The notes beneath the pieces were generated by a model. That model saw only the letters and a program-made list of their open reading frames with translations, did no database searches and had not been told where the DNA came from. Shown here piece by piece: positions 1 through 12,330 of a stretch of 64,000 nt of DNA. Source of the DNA: Amphiscolops sp. MND2022 (taxonomy: Eukaryota); NCBI GenBank assembly GCA_964187785.1, contig OZ076414.1, forward strand, positions 36,022,001-36,086,000. Direction: 5' to 3'. Within the stretch, counting starts at the first letter, position 1, and each line of letters begins with the position of its first letter. The position numbers and the translations under genes were made by a program.

Positions 1-57
1 ATTTCAAAATGATCTTAATTACCTTGTCAATCATTTCTCAGAGCTTCCAAAATATTT

Positions 58-369
58 TCAGATGCTAACCAAACATCTTCCCAACCCTTTTGAAACTGTC
101 AAGTGTGTCTGGCGTTTTTGAGCTGGATTGTCCTGTTTTTCCAGTGGCTGGGGATGTTGGTCAACTGTATCGTCACCTTCTATTTCATCGAAAACTCTGT
201 CCATCATTTCTTCCCAGACAGCAGTAGAGTTTTCATGTGCAAAGAACACAGTGTACTTACTGCTATGTCCGTCCAAAATCGCATCTCGTACAATTGGATC
301 GTTAACAATGCTTTCTATGGCCGTGCTCAAGGATATCGCCATAGAAAGGCAGAATATTGTAATGGACAC
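58..369 (-). CDS. Possible secreted protein (signal-peptide-like N-terminus); may be only one exon of a gene continuing out of the window
   Basis: ATG-initiated 103-aa ORF with hydrophobic N-terminus (MSITIFCLSMAISLSTA) and an acidic body; no recognisable family motif. Confidence 0.25.
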   Translation of the reverse strand: MSITIFCLSMAISLSTAIESIVNDPIVRDAILDGHSSKYTVFFAHENSTAVWEEMMDRVFDEIEGDDTVDQHPQPLEKQDNPAQKRQTHLTVSKGLGRCLVSI

Positions 370-499
370 TTTTTTTTTCCTAACATCTTAGTAAGCTTTG
401 AGGGCGACAGAAGAATATTGCAGCCTACAACACAGATTAAACAATATTTGAGTTTTTGACAATGAAATTAGTTTGGAACTGATAACAAGTTTAAAATGT

Positions 500-1110
500 G
501 ATTTTGTTAATTGCGGCTTTTCATATGGAAGTATTTAATTTTTAGCGGCAAAACACGTCGGATGAAATTTTAGATTGACAAACGTTCAACTTTTGATGAA
601 ATTTCGGAGTTTCACCGGTTTTTCTGTTTCAAAGTAGCCATTATAAAAAATGACGTGCATTGCACTGCTTCGACAATTTTCAAGAAGGAAAATTTGACGA
701 TCCTTATTTCGAAATACTAAACATGAAACAAGATTAAAATTTACTACATAAAGTTTCCACGAAATTAACTTAGTTGAAATTGCTTGATCTTTTTGCATGT
801 TCTTTAAAGTTACCACCAGCTTTTATAACCATTTTCTAAAAATATTCCGGAAATTTTCATGCGTTAAAATATCCAAGGTTGTATTCGATTTTTGACAAGC
901 TTCTTGAAAGAAGCATCCTAAATTGGGCGCCAATTTAGAGTCTTGAACTTTTGCAGGTTTCATGGAGAAAACAGTTTTATTTCAAAATGCGATTGAATTT
1001 TTATCAATTGTACAGCTAGCTATTTTAATGTAAAAAACTATAATCGCGTTATAAACAGCAAATTAGCATCATCTTCAGCTTTCAATTCGAGAGCCGGTGA
1101 TTACATGATA
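500..1110 (-). repeat. Decayed dispersed repeat, probably a coding relic; homologous to 60330-60790
   Basis: taaacagcaaattagcatcatcttcagc...ccggtgatta (~1052-1104) aligns by eye with taaacatcaaactagcgtcatcttcagc...acggtgatta (~60718-60770); the minus strand of both gives AEDDA(N/S)L(L/M)F. Confidence 0.4.
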
Positions 1111-2018
1111 TGATTGGCTGAGAAATTCAAGTGTGAAGTTGTCGTGGGCTGCCGCCTGCGATGGCAACTGGTATTCTATTGGGTAGAACTATTGAACTCT
1201 GCCTGGTACTGTCCCAATGAACTGAGAAAAGGACCAGCAGTCCGGAAACCACAAAAGCCTCAAAACTACAAAATTCAAGTTCGTTATTTAATTGTGGAAA
1301 CGATGCATGTACGGTGTCATTGTTATTTGTATTCGGATAAATCAAAAATGTAGATGAGTTTGTACAAATTTCGACTAAATAATAATCAATCAAATTGATA
1401 TGTAACTGATTACGGCATTTACAAGTGCAGTATAAACATATATTAGCAATGTGATTAATAAAAACTGGACACCAAGGCGTACAGGCAAAGGAAACGTGTT
1501 TAAATGTTCCTTTGCTTGTCGCAGAGCACGTGTCGTCCAATAAATTAATCAGCCAATCATATTGCAGCATTGATTGGAATGCTCTAATCTTGCGCTCTAG
1601 TTAAACGGACTTGATGGCCATGTGCCGTTTGTCTACAAAAAGACTAGTACAAGCCGCGGCAGGCGGACAATGAGTCCAAATTCTAAGTAGCTGTTATTGC
1701 AAGTACAATAACTTAACTGTTGATGCTTTTTAAAGATGAAATAAGTTTGTTTGATGAATGTCTTTGTACCAGTTGTCCCTTTCTTATGTTTGGAAAGTCA
1801 TACTAAACTATTTGGATTTGAACACTTGTTAATTTTCATGCATATTGTGTTCGAAGATGAAAGTACACGTAGTCCTGTGATTCTTGGTACGGAATATGTG
1901 TTTGACTTATATGCATATATACGTCGTTATTCGTCCTGGAAAGGCCAATAGGTCAACCGTGTCATAAACATTTCTGCAGCCGACAAGGAAATTCTTTTGT
2001 AGGTATCTATATTAGCCA

Positions 2019-2840
2019 TGATGTAATATGCTATAAATAGTCAATGCGATTTTGGTCAGCCCATCAGGTTATTTTTAGATCATGATATTTAAGTTTGCGG
2101 ATGTCATGCAAACAAAACTATATATACTGACGACTGATGGTCCAGAACAACAATATCAATACCAATCTCATACGATACAGTTGTAAACTGAAACAAGTTT
2201 GTTTTACAAGTTCGAGAAGTGCAATAAATTCTTATCTTCTACACTTCTCTTATGCCTTCCACTAGAAGACAAAAAGACAAAGGAAGAAAGTCTAGGGAAA
2301 TGGACATGATATCTGATATGGATAATCTGGATGTAATGCTAGGTAATAGGAGTGACAACCCCATAGAAAGAGAATTAACCGATGTTATTGAACAATCTTC
2401 TGTCCAAGGAGACGGTGAGGCTAATATACAGCAAAGGAGTGATTATAGGGCGGCCCATGAAAATGATGCATTTAGACAGAATGATGTTAGACAGTTCTTT
2501 GAGACCTCTTCAAACGCATTTAACCTTAGGCTCTCTCAAGAGATGGACTCCATGATGTTCATGATTCATAATCAAATAAGCAGGGCTATCAGTACTGCTA
2601 TATCTGAAAGAGTTATTCCAGAGATTCAGAACATTGTAAGTTCAATGTCGTCTTCAGGAAACAGGGACACTGAGGCAACCTCGTCCCTTAGTAGCTAGAA
2701 AACGGGGAGTATACATCAGGGCTGAAAACCAAATTAACAAAAAAGGACTCACGGTCCGCTTGTGATTTAAAAGACACCACGGGTCGTGGGTCTTACAGAA
2801 GTGAATACGGAGTGATCGTGTCGGTAGCGAATGGAAAATC
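2019..2840 (+). mobile_element. Possible 5' fragment (LTR-like region plus gag N-terminus) of another LTR retrotransposon
   Basis: ORF 2252-2698 (MPSTRRQKDKGRKSREMDM...) resembles gag-like N-termini I recall from repeat families; no catalytic motif present, so weak. Confidence 0.3.
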
Positions 2841-4096
2841 ATTTCGATTATAATTTCAAAAGTAGAAAATGTAGTGTAGTCTTACAAGATTTATTACTGG
2901 AACTCTTACTAAATTCTCTAGGTTTTATAAGAAAATTGCCCTTTATACAGGCCATCAGCATGTGAAATGTCTCTTCTAGGATAACAAAACTAGTGTAGCC
3001 TCTTCTGAAAAGTCTCTGATGAACTCTTCCAGTGAAAATAGAGACTTCCACAGAAGACACTATGGAACCAAAAAGCTAGAAACGCTAATAACCAAAGCAA
3101 AAACTTCTGCAGCCATAATTTTTTCCTGGATATTGAACAGCTAAAAACTCAAGAAACCAATGTTTTACAGAGTAAAATCAGTTCGCGTTGTAAACTCTTA
3201 AGAAGAACGTTATCAGAAAAAGTGTTCAATTGAGAAGTTAGAGATCTTAACTGAAATGAAATGGAAATCGACAAACGTGAAAAACGCGCTGAGTGATTTA
3301 ACTTAAACAGTAGTATACGAATTGCTGATCCTGATATAACCAGCCAACAAATTAAGCATAATTTCAAGGCAAATCATCAGAAATTTACAATTTTTTGCAA
3401 CTGAAAAGTCAATAAATTTTTAGTATGGAGGATAAGAATGCGAGAAAAAATTTTGCATCAAGACAAAATTAATGCGAACAATTTTCAAAGCCACGCCATG
3501 TGCATTCAAGTGGTAACACGCAAAGCGCCTCCGGTACAAGTATTGGAAAGATGCAACTTTTCAACGCATAGATTTCAAAGATTCCTTATTGAAATTCCTT
3601 GGAAAACTCACATCAAAAAAAATACCAGACAGTGTACCAGACAGATCTGTCTAGTATTTTCTAACAGTTCAGTATTAATTTCTGTATTGAATTCAGTGTC
3701 AGTTTTGTTATAACTAATGTTAATACATGGGAAAAGTAGTTCGTTTAATATCTCAACGGCAAATCATTTTAAACAAAGTCCACAGAAACAAAAGTTGAGG
3801 ATAATCAAAAGTTAAACACATGTTGTTCCTGAGGGTTTACTATATAATCAACCCACTAATTACCACTAATGTGAAAATGGTTCTTTCAAACATTTTAACA
3901 TTTAAAAATTCCTTTTTCTGAAAAATAATTATTGAAAAACTTTTTATTTAAACTATTTTTTCTTTAATAATAAGAATCGGAGAATTGTAGTAATTGTAAT
4001 TTTAGATATTAAAACACCTTCAAATCCGATCCCTATAAGTCAGTAAAACATCTTGAAAAATTAAATCAATATTATTGAAAACAATGTAATTTATAT

Positions 4097-7000
4097 ATGC
4101 TTTTAGCAGATAAAAGTTCTCATCTAAATTCAGATGAACATAAAAACAAAACCGAACAACAACTTGTTTCGTGTGAAGATTGTGGTAAAAATGTATCTGA
4201 TAAAACAAGACATTTCCGAAGTGAAACTCATTTTTGGAAAAGTCAACAAAGAAATTCTAGTCAAGATAATACACAGTCCGGTACAGCTTCGCTGCCTTCA
4301 CATACAGCTTCGCTGGCTTCGCATATCGAATGTGTAGAACTAATTGTGAATGAAAAATATAGATCAAACTTCAAATAAATCCAACTGAAAATCTTGAACA
4401 TCACATAAATGAATTACTTACTAGAAATTACTTTCCCCGATTTAAATATCAATAGAGTTATTTGGCTAAGTTTACAAAACACATGAACGGGAATGAACAA
4501 GTATTTCACAAATGGATGAACTCAGATATAAATTATAAAATTTCTAATGAGAATGTTCATAAAAGATTAATACAAAACCTTTACGATGAAAGATTAGAAA
4601 GATCAGGTTTTCAGTTTCAAGAAAAACAAGAAGTTATATTAGAAATACATAAAATTATTGATATTAAAGCATCTTTATATATTGAGTTACCACCATAGTA
4701 TAGGAACAGTCAATCAATTATAAATACGAAAAAATGACAATCAATTTTGTTTCTTATGGTGTATATTAGCATATTTATTTCCAGTTAAGTATAATAAAAA
4801 TCAAAATATCATATTTTTCTATGCCTTTTAATGAATTCAACCTAGAAGGTTTAGAATTCCCTAAGAAAGTTAAAGATATACCTAAGTTTGAAAGACTTAA
4901 TAGGTTAAATCTAAATGTATCTGAACTCACTGGAACAGTGCTAACACCAATCCACATAAATACGAACTATGATCGATCACAAATAGACTTGTTACTCTAT
5001 GAAAATCACTTTTGGCCTAATAACAAAGTTGCATTGTCTAATAAAGAAACATTCAAACATGAAACATGTATGTAGAAGATGTTTAGCAGCATTAGTTCAC
5101 AACCGGATCTAATTGATTATATAGATCGTTGTCAAAAACCAACCAATATTAAGTTTAGCTGGAAAAATCATTATAAATTTTGAAGATTATCATATGAAAG
5201 TTCCAAATGAGTATATGCTGAGTTTGAATGTTTTAATCAACCTCAAGATATTCCAAATACTCCCAACGTATTACTTAAACAAATTCCAATTGCAGTAAGA
5301 TGTTATATAATTACACCATTTGGAAACAAGTATCGTTCATATTTTGAACGGATTGTGTAGAATGGTTTGTTAATGAAATGTTTTAAAATAGAACATATGG
5401 TATCTGAATATTGTAAAACAAATAAACCAGACGAATTGAGTCCTGAAGAAGAACGATTCGAACAATCTACCATTTGCTGGCTTTGTGAAAGTCCACTTGG
5501 TGATGAAAAAGTTAGAGACGATAATCATCTTACTGGAAAGTATAGAGGAGCAGCTCATAAATGTTGTATTCTAAATTGTAAACAAAAGTCATCAGGTTTC
5601 GTTACTATATTTTTCCACAGTTTCAGTCGTTATGATTGTCATCTGTTATTTGAACCAGTCTTAACACGAACTTTCAAATTGAAGAATATATCTAGTAACC
5701 AAATCATTATTCTCCCAAAGTCAAAAGAAAATTATATTAGTGTACAAGTAGGTTGTTCAAGATTTTTAGATAGTTACAGATTTCTTCCTACCGGTTTATA
5801 TAAATTACTCAAAAGTTTAGATAGCTTTCCAATAATGGATGAAAATGGGTTCATAGATGAAATATTTAAAAAGACATTGGCTTATCCTTATGAATACTTT
5901 ACAGTTAGTAGTTTCCAAGAACCATTAAATCTAACAAAAGAAGACTTTTGGCCAACACTAAAACAATCTTGTCCATCCGATGAAGAAATCTCACGTACAC
6001 AAAAAATCTTTTAAAATTATGGTAAAAAAACAGGTAAAGGTCTAACTAAGTTATTCTTCAAAATGAATGTTTTACAATCACCAGATGTATTCGAAAACTT
6101 TGTGGAAAGTTCTACACGAGAATATAATATTAATCCTTCGTGTAGCTACTCTCTACCTTTTTATACATGGAAAGCTGGTGTAAAGTTTACAAATTTTAAA
6201 TTAAATTCTATAAATGATAAAGAATTATTATTACATTTTGAAATTAATATCCAATATCCGTGGAGGAGTTTCAAGTGTTATGAGTGATCGCAATGTGCCA
6301 AGCACCTCTGATACGCAAAGCACCTCCGGCATTCAATCAGATGAAAATACAAAATTTTTATAGATTGATGCAAATAATCTTTATGGGTGGGCAATGAGTC
6401 AATATCTTTATACTGGAGACTTTAAAAAGATAAAATTTTTAGAAAATGATGGTGATTGCGTATTAATATTTGAAATTGAAGAAGATATAACAAATACACC
6501 AGATGATAATGAATATGGCTCCTTTATAGAATGCGATTTAGAATTTCCAGCTGAAATTAAAGAAAAAACCGAAAACTTTCCACTTTGTCCTTATCAAACA
6601 AAAGCAGATTCTAATCTTTTCTCGGATTATATGAATAATGTAAAACAACCCAATTACAAACCTACCCTTAAATTGATGTGTGATGTAACAAACAAAAATA
6701 CTTATATGATGCACTATAGGATGTTCAAGTTTCACATCAACATGGGTATGAAAGTAACAAAAATTCGCACCATCTACTGCTTCAAACAATCATCACGGTT
6801 GGGTAAAATTATTGATCATAATACTCAGAAACGCACCAAAGCAAAAACACACTTTGAAAAGGATCTGTATAAATTAATGAACAATGCTTTTTTAGGAAGA
6901 CTATGGAAAATGTAAGAGAAAGAACAAATACGGATATTATCCCTCTTACTGAAATTGATCAAATAATGAAAAGACAATCGAAGTTAAACTTCAAAGGAAT

Positions 7001-7746
7001 ATCACAACATCATAATGATTTTAGCCTATACAAATATGACAATGAAAAGGTGACATTTGATAAACCTATATATTTAGGATTTAGTGTTTTAGAACAGAGT
7101 AAATTGTTGACGTATGATTTTTATTATCACAAATTACAACCATATTATACCAATAAAAATAAACTGCTTTATATGGATACAGATTCTTTATCTTATCAAT
7201 AAAAACTACAAACCTCTTAAAAGACTTGGAAAATTTCAAACATGACTTTGAGTTCAGTGAATTGGATAAAAACCATCAAATGTACGATTTAACAAATATA
7301 AAAGTTATAGGTAAAATTTAAATAGAAACATCACCAATTATTGAATTAGACAACTTCGTAGCTTTGAGATCAAAGTCATACGCCAATTCTTTTGCAAACG
7401 AAACAATTCTAAACAAAAAGGAATCCAAAAGTCTCCTCCAAAGAAGGAAAATTATATAACTTCAATATTTAATTCTCAAACAACAACTGCAACTAAGTAT
7501 TCTTTCCGTTCAAATGCTCGCATTTTTACTGTTCAGAAGCAAGATAAACTAGCTTTGAATCCATTCGATAATAAAAGAATGTATTTGAACCCAACCCAAG
7601 GTCTCCCGGAGATTAAACACATACAAAGTGGATATTGTTCATGTATAATTTGTAAAAAACTTATTAGATTGTATAATAATGAACTAACTACAAAAAATTC
7701 AGAAGAAGAAATATATTGGACCTTTGGTATTGGAAACAAACCCTGA
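4097..7746 (+). pseudogene. polB: Polinton/Maverick (adintovirus-like) protein-primed DNA polymerase B, fragmented by stops and frameshifts
   Basis: N-terminal CEDC zinc-finger-like motif; CWLC...VRDDNHLTGKYRGAAH endonuclease-VII-like insert; motif A (I)DANNLYGWAMSQYL at ~6364-6408; motif B KLMNNAFLG; motif C LYMDTDS; C-terminal ALNPFDNKR. Confidence 0.9.
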
Positions 7747-7972
7747 CCCATCAACAGCTTTTAAAATTGGAAAGTGATCGAGCACATCTTTTATAACAAG
7801 GAATATTTTTTTAATTAATAATGAATGAATGATATTTTATCATTTATTTCAATATCATAGATTTCTTATCATTTTATATATTAATTTTATATTTTAGTCG
7901 TTTATTATTTTATATAATATCATTAATTTATAAATTTACTTCTCATAAATTTATTTCTCATAAATTTATTTA

Positions 7973-8330
7973 TCATATTAAATCAAAATGCCTTATCAGC
8001 TTGGTAGTTAGGACTAGGGCATTAGCTCTATAATCAGCTACATCAATGGCAGCACTAAATTTAAATCCTAAACCAATAGGTTGACTCGCAATGTGACCTT
8101 TTCGTTTGGATAAGTCGAGTACATAAAAGTTATAACTTGACCTGAATTTTTGCAAATCAATAAATGGCCTCAATAGGTTGGTTTCTGTATGCAATCGATA
8201 GAAGGCTTCTATTTTCTGAGATGCTTCACGGTAGTTATCTCTATCATAATTACCCTCTCTTGAAAATGCAATTTTGGGAATCTCAAATTTCCCAAGTTGA
8301 AATTCTGATTTAGTAGATGTTAAGTAGAAT
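7973..8330 (-). pseudogene. Polinton major capsid protein (double jelly-roll) C-terminal fragment, convergent with PolB
   Basis: ...FYRLHTETNLLRPFIDLQKFRSSYNFYVLDLSKRKGHIASQPIGLGFKFSAAIDVADYRANALVLTTKLIRHFDLI matches the recalled Polinton MCP C-terminal pattern (YxFDLxxQxxxxxxQPIxxEFKF...YALVLT...FDL). Confidence 0.7.
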
Positions 8331-9024
8331 CAATAAGAGTCTATCATTGTATTTGGGTCTATAATTGTCTTATAGGCGTCTATATAAGTGCCTATAAGCG
8401 TCCATTGAAGCATTTGCGGTCCGATTCTCCAAGGTGGCTTGGGAGTCGTCGCAGGGTGCTTGGGAGCAGTCACACGGGGCTTGGGAGCAATTGCCATTGT
8501 GACCATTATGACGTAGTACATTGCTCTACAAACCGAGAAACGGAACTCATTCCGAAACCCAGAGAAATGTCATTCAGAGTTTAAAACTTACATCTAACCA
8601 TAATACTGTTTGCTAAGGCGAAGCGCAGTTGGTGCAGTGAGATCGAATCACATAAAGTAAATAACACGTAACGTTGCTGCGGTAACAGTTTCCGTTACAC
8701 ATTTGCAATTGCAACATCTGCAACGTACTAACTTGTGAATTGTGTCATGATTGCATGCATGACTGATGCTTACCTTCGGAATTAGGGAAAGTATCTGTAA
8801 TCTCTTGAAACCTAAGATTAACTGTTATTGAAGTATTTATTTCCCACCCTCTGCAATTCTGACCATGATTGTAGAAAAATGTATTAGGCCTAAAAACTGA
8901 ACTGCTTGAAGGTTCTCACTGGAAATATGACCATATAAGAGATAGCAGACGCGCGGCACAAGAATGAAGTGCAAGTTTTGTGGCTCTCTTAAAGATGGCT
9001 CCTTCTTCAAGGACGTGCAGCAGA

Positions 9025-9660
9025 CGGGTGGTCATGTGCTGTCACTCCGTTGCTGGAATGCTCGAAATGCCCTAACAGCGGAAGATCGAGCCAAATTACA
9101 GGAGCCCACACGAGAAAACTTTGTTCTCGTAAGAGACACCTACCCGGGGAGCAAGAAGGACTTCTCGGCAGAAGGCAGGACGATGAAGTTCTTTAATCAA
9201 CCGCCACTATCGAAATTGATTAAACGAGAAGTCCTAGAAGCCAGTGCGACATCGATATCACCACCGTGGTGACAGGTATTTCAATCAAACATTAAATTAA
9301 TCTAATATAAACGGAGCTGATGTGCATGAACAAGAATGAATCAGAGTGCTGATCATGTGCTGACACTCCGATGCTGGAATGCTCGAAATGCCCTAACAGC
9401 GGAAGATCGAGCCAAACTACTGGAGCCCACACGAGAAAATTATGTTCTCGTAAGAGACACCTACCCGGGGAGCAAGAAGGACTTCTCGGCAGAAGGCAGG
9501 ACGAGGAAGTTCTTTAATCAACCGCCACCATCTAATTTGGTTAAACGAGAAGTCCGAGAAGCCAGTGCGACATCCACATCACCTCCGTGGTGGCAGGTAT
9601 TCAATCGAACATTAAATTTTTCTAATATAAACGTAGCTTATGTGCATGAAGAAGAATGAA
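9025..9660 (+). repeat. Direct tandem duplication of about 321 bp within the putative 5' part of the JmjC gene
   Basis: HVL(S/T)LRCWNARNALTAEDRAKL...EGRT(M/R)KFFNQPP appears twice (ORFs 8964 and 9336). Confidence 0.9.
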
Positions 9661-10269
9661 GCCATTGTTTTTGTTCGGTTTTGAATGATTTACAATTTTG
9701 AGTTCAGATGATTTATCCTTGAACAGGTTACTGAAAGCAGCAGTCCTGTGCAGCCTGAGCTTGGTGATGTTGTTTCCTCCTCTTCCACTCTTCATTTTGC
9801 AACAGAGGCAGAAAAGGCTATTGCGGAAAAGTCTGTTGTCTTTCTTGAGGCGAAGTAAGAAAAAGATGCAATCGCTTCCATGGTAGTTTTGGAAGCCTTC
9901 AAGGTTGAAGATGTCAATCATATTCAAGTTGAAGAGCCCAAAAGTGTATGCATTTTTCTGAATGAATATTTCATGTTTCATGTAAAATTTTTCAGGATGT
10001 GTAATTTTTATGAATTTCTAGTTTCAAAAGCATAAAAGGTTTGTAGGGATATGAACACCTAATAATGATATTGCTTAAGGAAAAGTGGCAACAGAAACGA
10101 CGACGTTTGCACAAGAGTGTATCACGAACGCCAGTGCCACTTTAAAATCTGAGCAGATGTACGCTTACCATGCGAAGGATGAACATGACGAATACGCACC
10201 TCATGAAGTCGTTCGGTAGCATTTGGTAACTACGTGACCTTATTAGTCAAATAAAAACTTCTCTGGAGT

Positions 10270-10460
10270 TAAGAATGAGATCTCTTCTCAGGATTTTAGA
10301 ATGCGATCTCTTCTCCAGACTCTATATCTAATCGGTTGTGAGTCTCTGGATTCAGGAATAAGATCTCCTTTTTAGACCTAAATCTCTGGATTTAAGAATA
10401 AGATCTTTTCTCTAGATTTAGATTTCTGTATTGACGAATAAGATTTTGTCTTCTGAGTAA
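10270..10460. repeat. Short AGATCT-rich degenerate repeat (gaataagatct units), similar to the insertion at ~24440-24600
   Basis: Repeated gaat(a/g)agatct(c/t)tt motifs in both places. Confidence 0.45.
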
Positions 10461-12330
10461 TGTAATTCGGATTAAAATTAGATTCTAAATGCTATCTCGA
10501 TGCAGCGTGACATTACAGCAGGAGAAGTCTTACCAGAACTGCTGTCAGACCCGGCTTCTTTGGACGGGGAATATGTCTTTGTCATCTGTGACAGTTGTTG
10601 CCATCCCGGCTTCAACACGACGCTAGCCAGAGAAAAGATGAGCCGAATGTCGTCTGTTCAACGGATGATGCAGAAATACAGTGGCAGCCCGGTAATACGT
10701 CGGAATTTGACGACAAAGTTCGAGTTAAGCAAAGTCAATGTAACTGCTAGTAGAGATACAAACATCATTTTTGTTCTCTTTTATGAATTTGAGAATACAT
10801 GTACCTGACCTGATATTTATTCTTTAGGAAGGGAAGAAAGTTGTGCCAGGAAACTCGGAGTTACTGAGACGATGGCGAGTGACCCCCCAAATTCTACAAC
10901 GTCATCAATGCCGAGGCAAACAAGTGCCCAGGAGCCTCATTCAAGAAGCCCAGTTTCTACACGAGGTTTCCCTTGGGCACATGAACTGGGAACAGACACC
11001 TGCAGAATTGCGTCCAGTGTGGAATCGAATTATTTGCTGATTTCACCAAATGGCGCAATCACGAGCTCCTCCTGCATTTTTTATCCACAAGTGTTCTGTA
11101 TTATCTGGCCAATGGTTGGTACCAGGTTTTAGTACATTAAGTAAATTAAAAACCGTGTATCTTATATGAAATATGTCAAGTGTTTGGGTACTGACCGACT
11201 ATTGTTACAGGATTTAAAGCTTTTCATGTTGTGAGGCCCACTGCCAGAGACGTTGAGTTGTTCAAGGCGTTCTCCCCAGGCAAGTAATACTGTTTATACT
11301 TACACTACACAGTGCTTTTTTCTGTTATTGTATGTATGACTGATAACAGGGATAAATTTAGTACTATTATTGATTGTTTAGAAGAGACCTCTTTTTTGGC
11401 ACCCATGAATAGCTTGACATTTGCGGGTGCTCAAAAGTCAATCTCATCCAGGGACAGGCGCTGATTCTTCCTGCGAAGATGATCCACGCCGTGGAGTTGT
11501 TCGGCATGTCAGTTGCTCTGGGAGTCAACTCCATCCATTGCCTGCACGTGAGGAAAGCTGCAGAAGAGTTCTCCGAAGCGCGGTACCGGCATGATCCCTA
11601 CGATGAATGTTATCCGCACTTTCCCCAACTTTTGTTCACGCCTATTGCGAGTTTGTTGAGGTACATTATCATTTTTATTAATTATATCATTATCACCATT
11701 GCATGATGCATGTAGTTTTGTATATAGTCTGTTTGAATTAATTATGAAACGATCAATTTCCTAATTACAGAGGTTGGTGTATTTTAGTTTTTCTGCGTGC
11801 GTGGACAAGCTTAAGAAGGCAGAGCTGTTCAACGCTGCTATGATTGTGCAGAAGACGAATTGTCATACTGCCGAAATTTCCCCTGACACAGTTTGCCAGA
11901 AAATATGCAGTTTTCATGCATCCTTTCATAGTTTTTTAAAATTTGTCTGACTAGAATTTTTTTGCCTGTTATTGTTGTTTTTCGCCTTTTGCTTGTCGGT
12001 TGAAGAAAGTTTTTGTTTCTATTTATTACGGAAGGTTTTTGTTTCTAGTATGGAGTTACAAACGAACAGATGTCAAGCTGGCTTTCTTGTGACATTCCGA
12101 TGCCTTCGCGGTCCCCCGCGTCTTCCCATCAAAGATAGGATGATCCTGATGATATTTCTTTTTGCCAAAGATGTGTACCGCCAGATACATGCAAACTATT
12201 TACCAACTTTTCAAATTTTTTATTTTCATGGATTTTTATTAAACATACATTAGATAGAGAATTGACGATTTTAGTATAATTTTATGAATTTCACAGCTAT
12301 TGAGTAGATTTCAAACTGCTAGGCAGATTT

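Larger units (their letters stand above)
8964..11900 (+). pseudogene. Multi-exon pseudogene with a C-terminal KDM2/KDM7(PHF8)-type JmjC histone demethylase domain
   Basis: Spliced reading using GT-AG introns 11115-11210 and 11284-11381: RP/SVESNYLLISPNGAITS/(LHF)LSTSVLYYLANG|FKAFHVVRPTARDVELFKAFSPGK|RDLFFGTHE*LDICGCSKVNLIQGQALILPAKMIHAVELFGMSVALGVNSIH. This parallels PHF8 KYCLMS...[27 protein letters not shown]...FFGDQVDKC...QGQTLFIPTGWIHAV...GGNFLH. It carries frameshifts and a TAG at 11410-11412. Linking the upstream exons (8964-10750) to the same gene is inferred. Confidence 0.75.

Noticed and set aside
1110-1560. 11-bp inverted pair tgattggctga / tcagccaatca as MITE ends
   Set aside because: Short CCAAT-box-like motif with no TSD; could be chance or regulatory
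2860-3720. Possible Penelope-like N-terminal fragment (RFYKKIALYTGHQH...)
   Set aside because: No RT or GIY-YIG motif found; too degenerate to call
8330-8521. 63-aa minus ORF with gcttgggag triplicate repeats
   Set aside because: Short low-complexity repeat at the Polinton breakpoint; no support as a gene
11280-11285. Apparent GC-AG intron donor (cag|gcaagt) in the JmjC gene
   Set aside because: The GT donor at 11284 restores the reading frame into the next exon; the GC site does not
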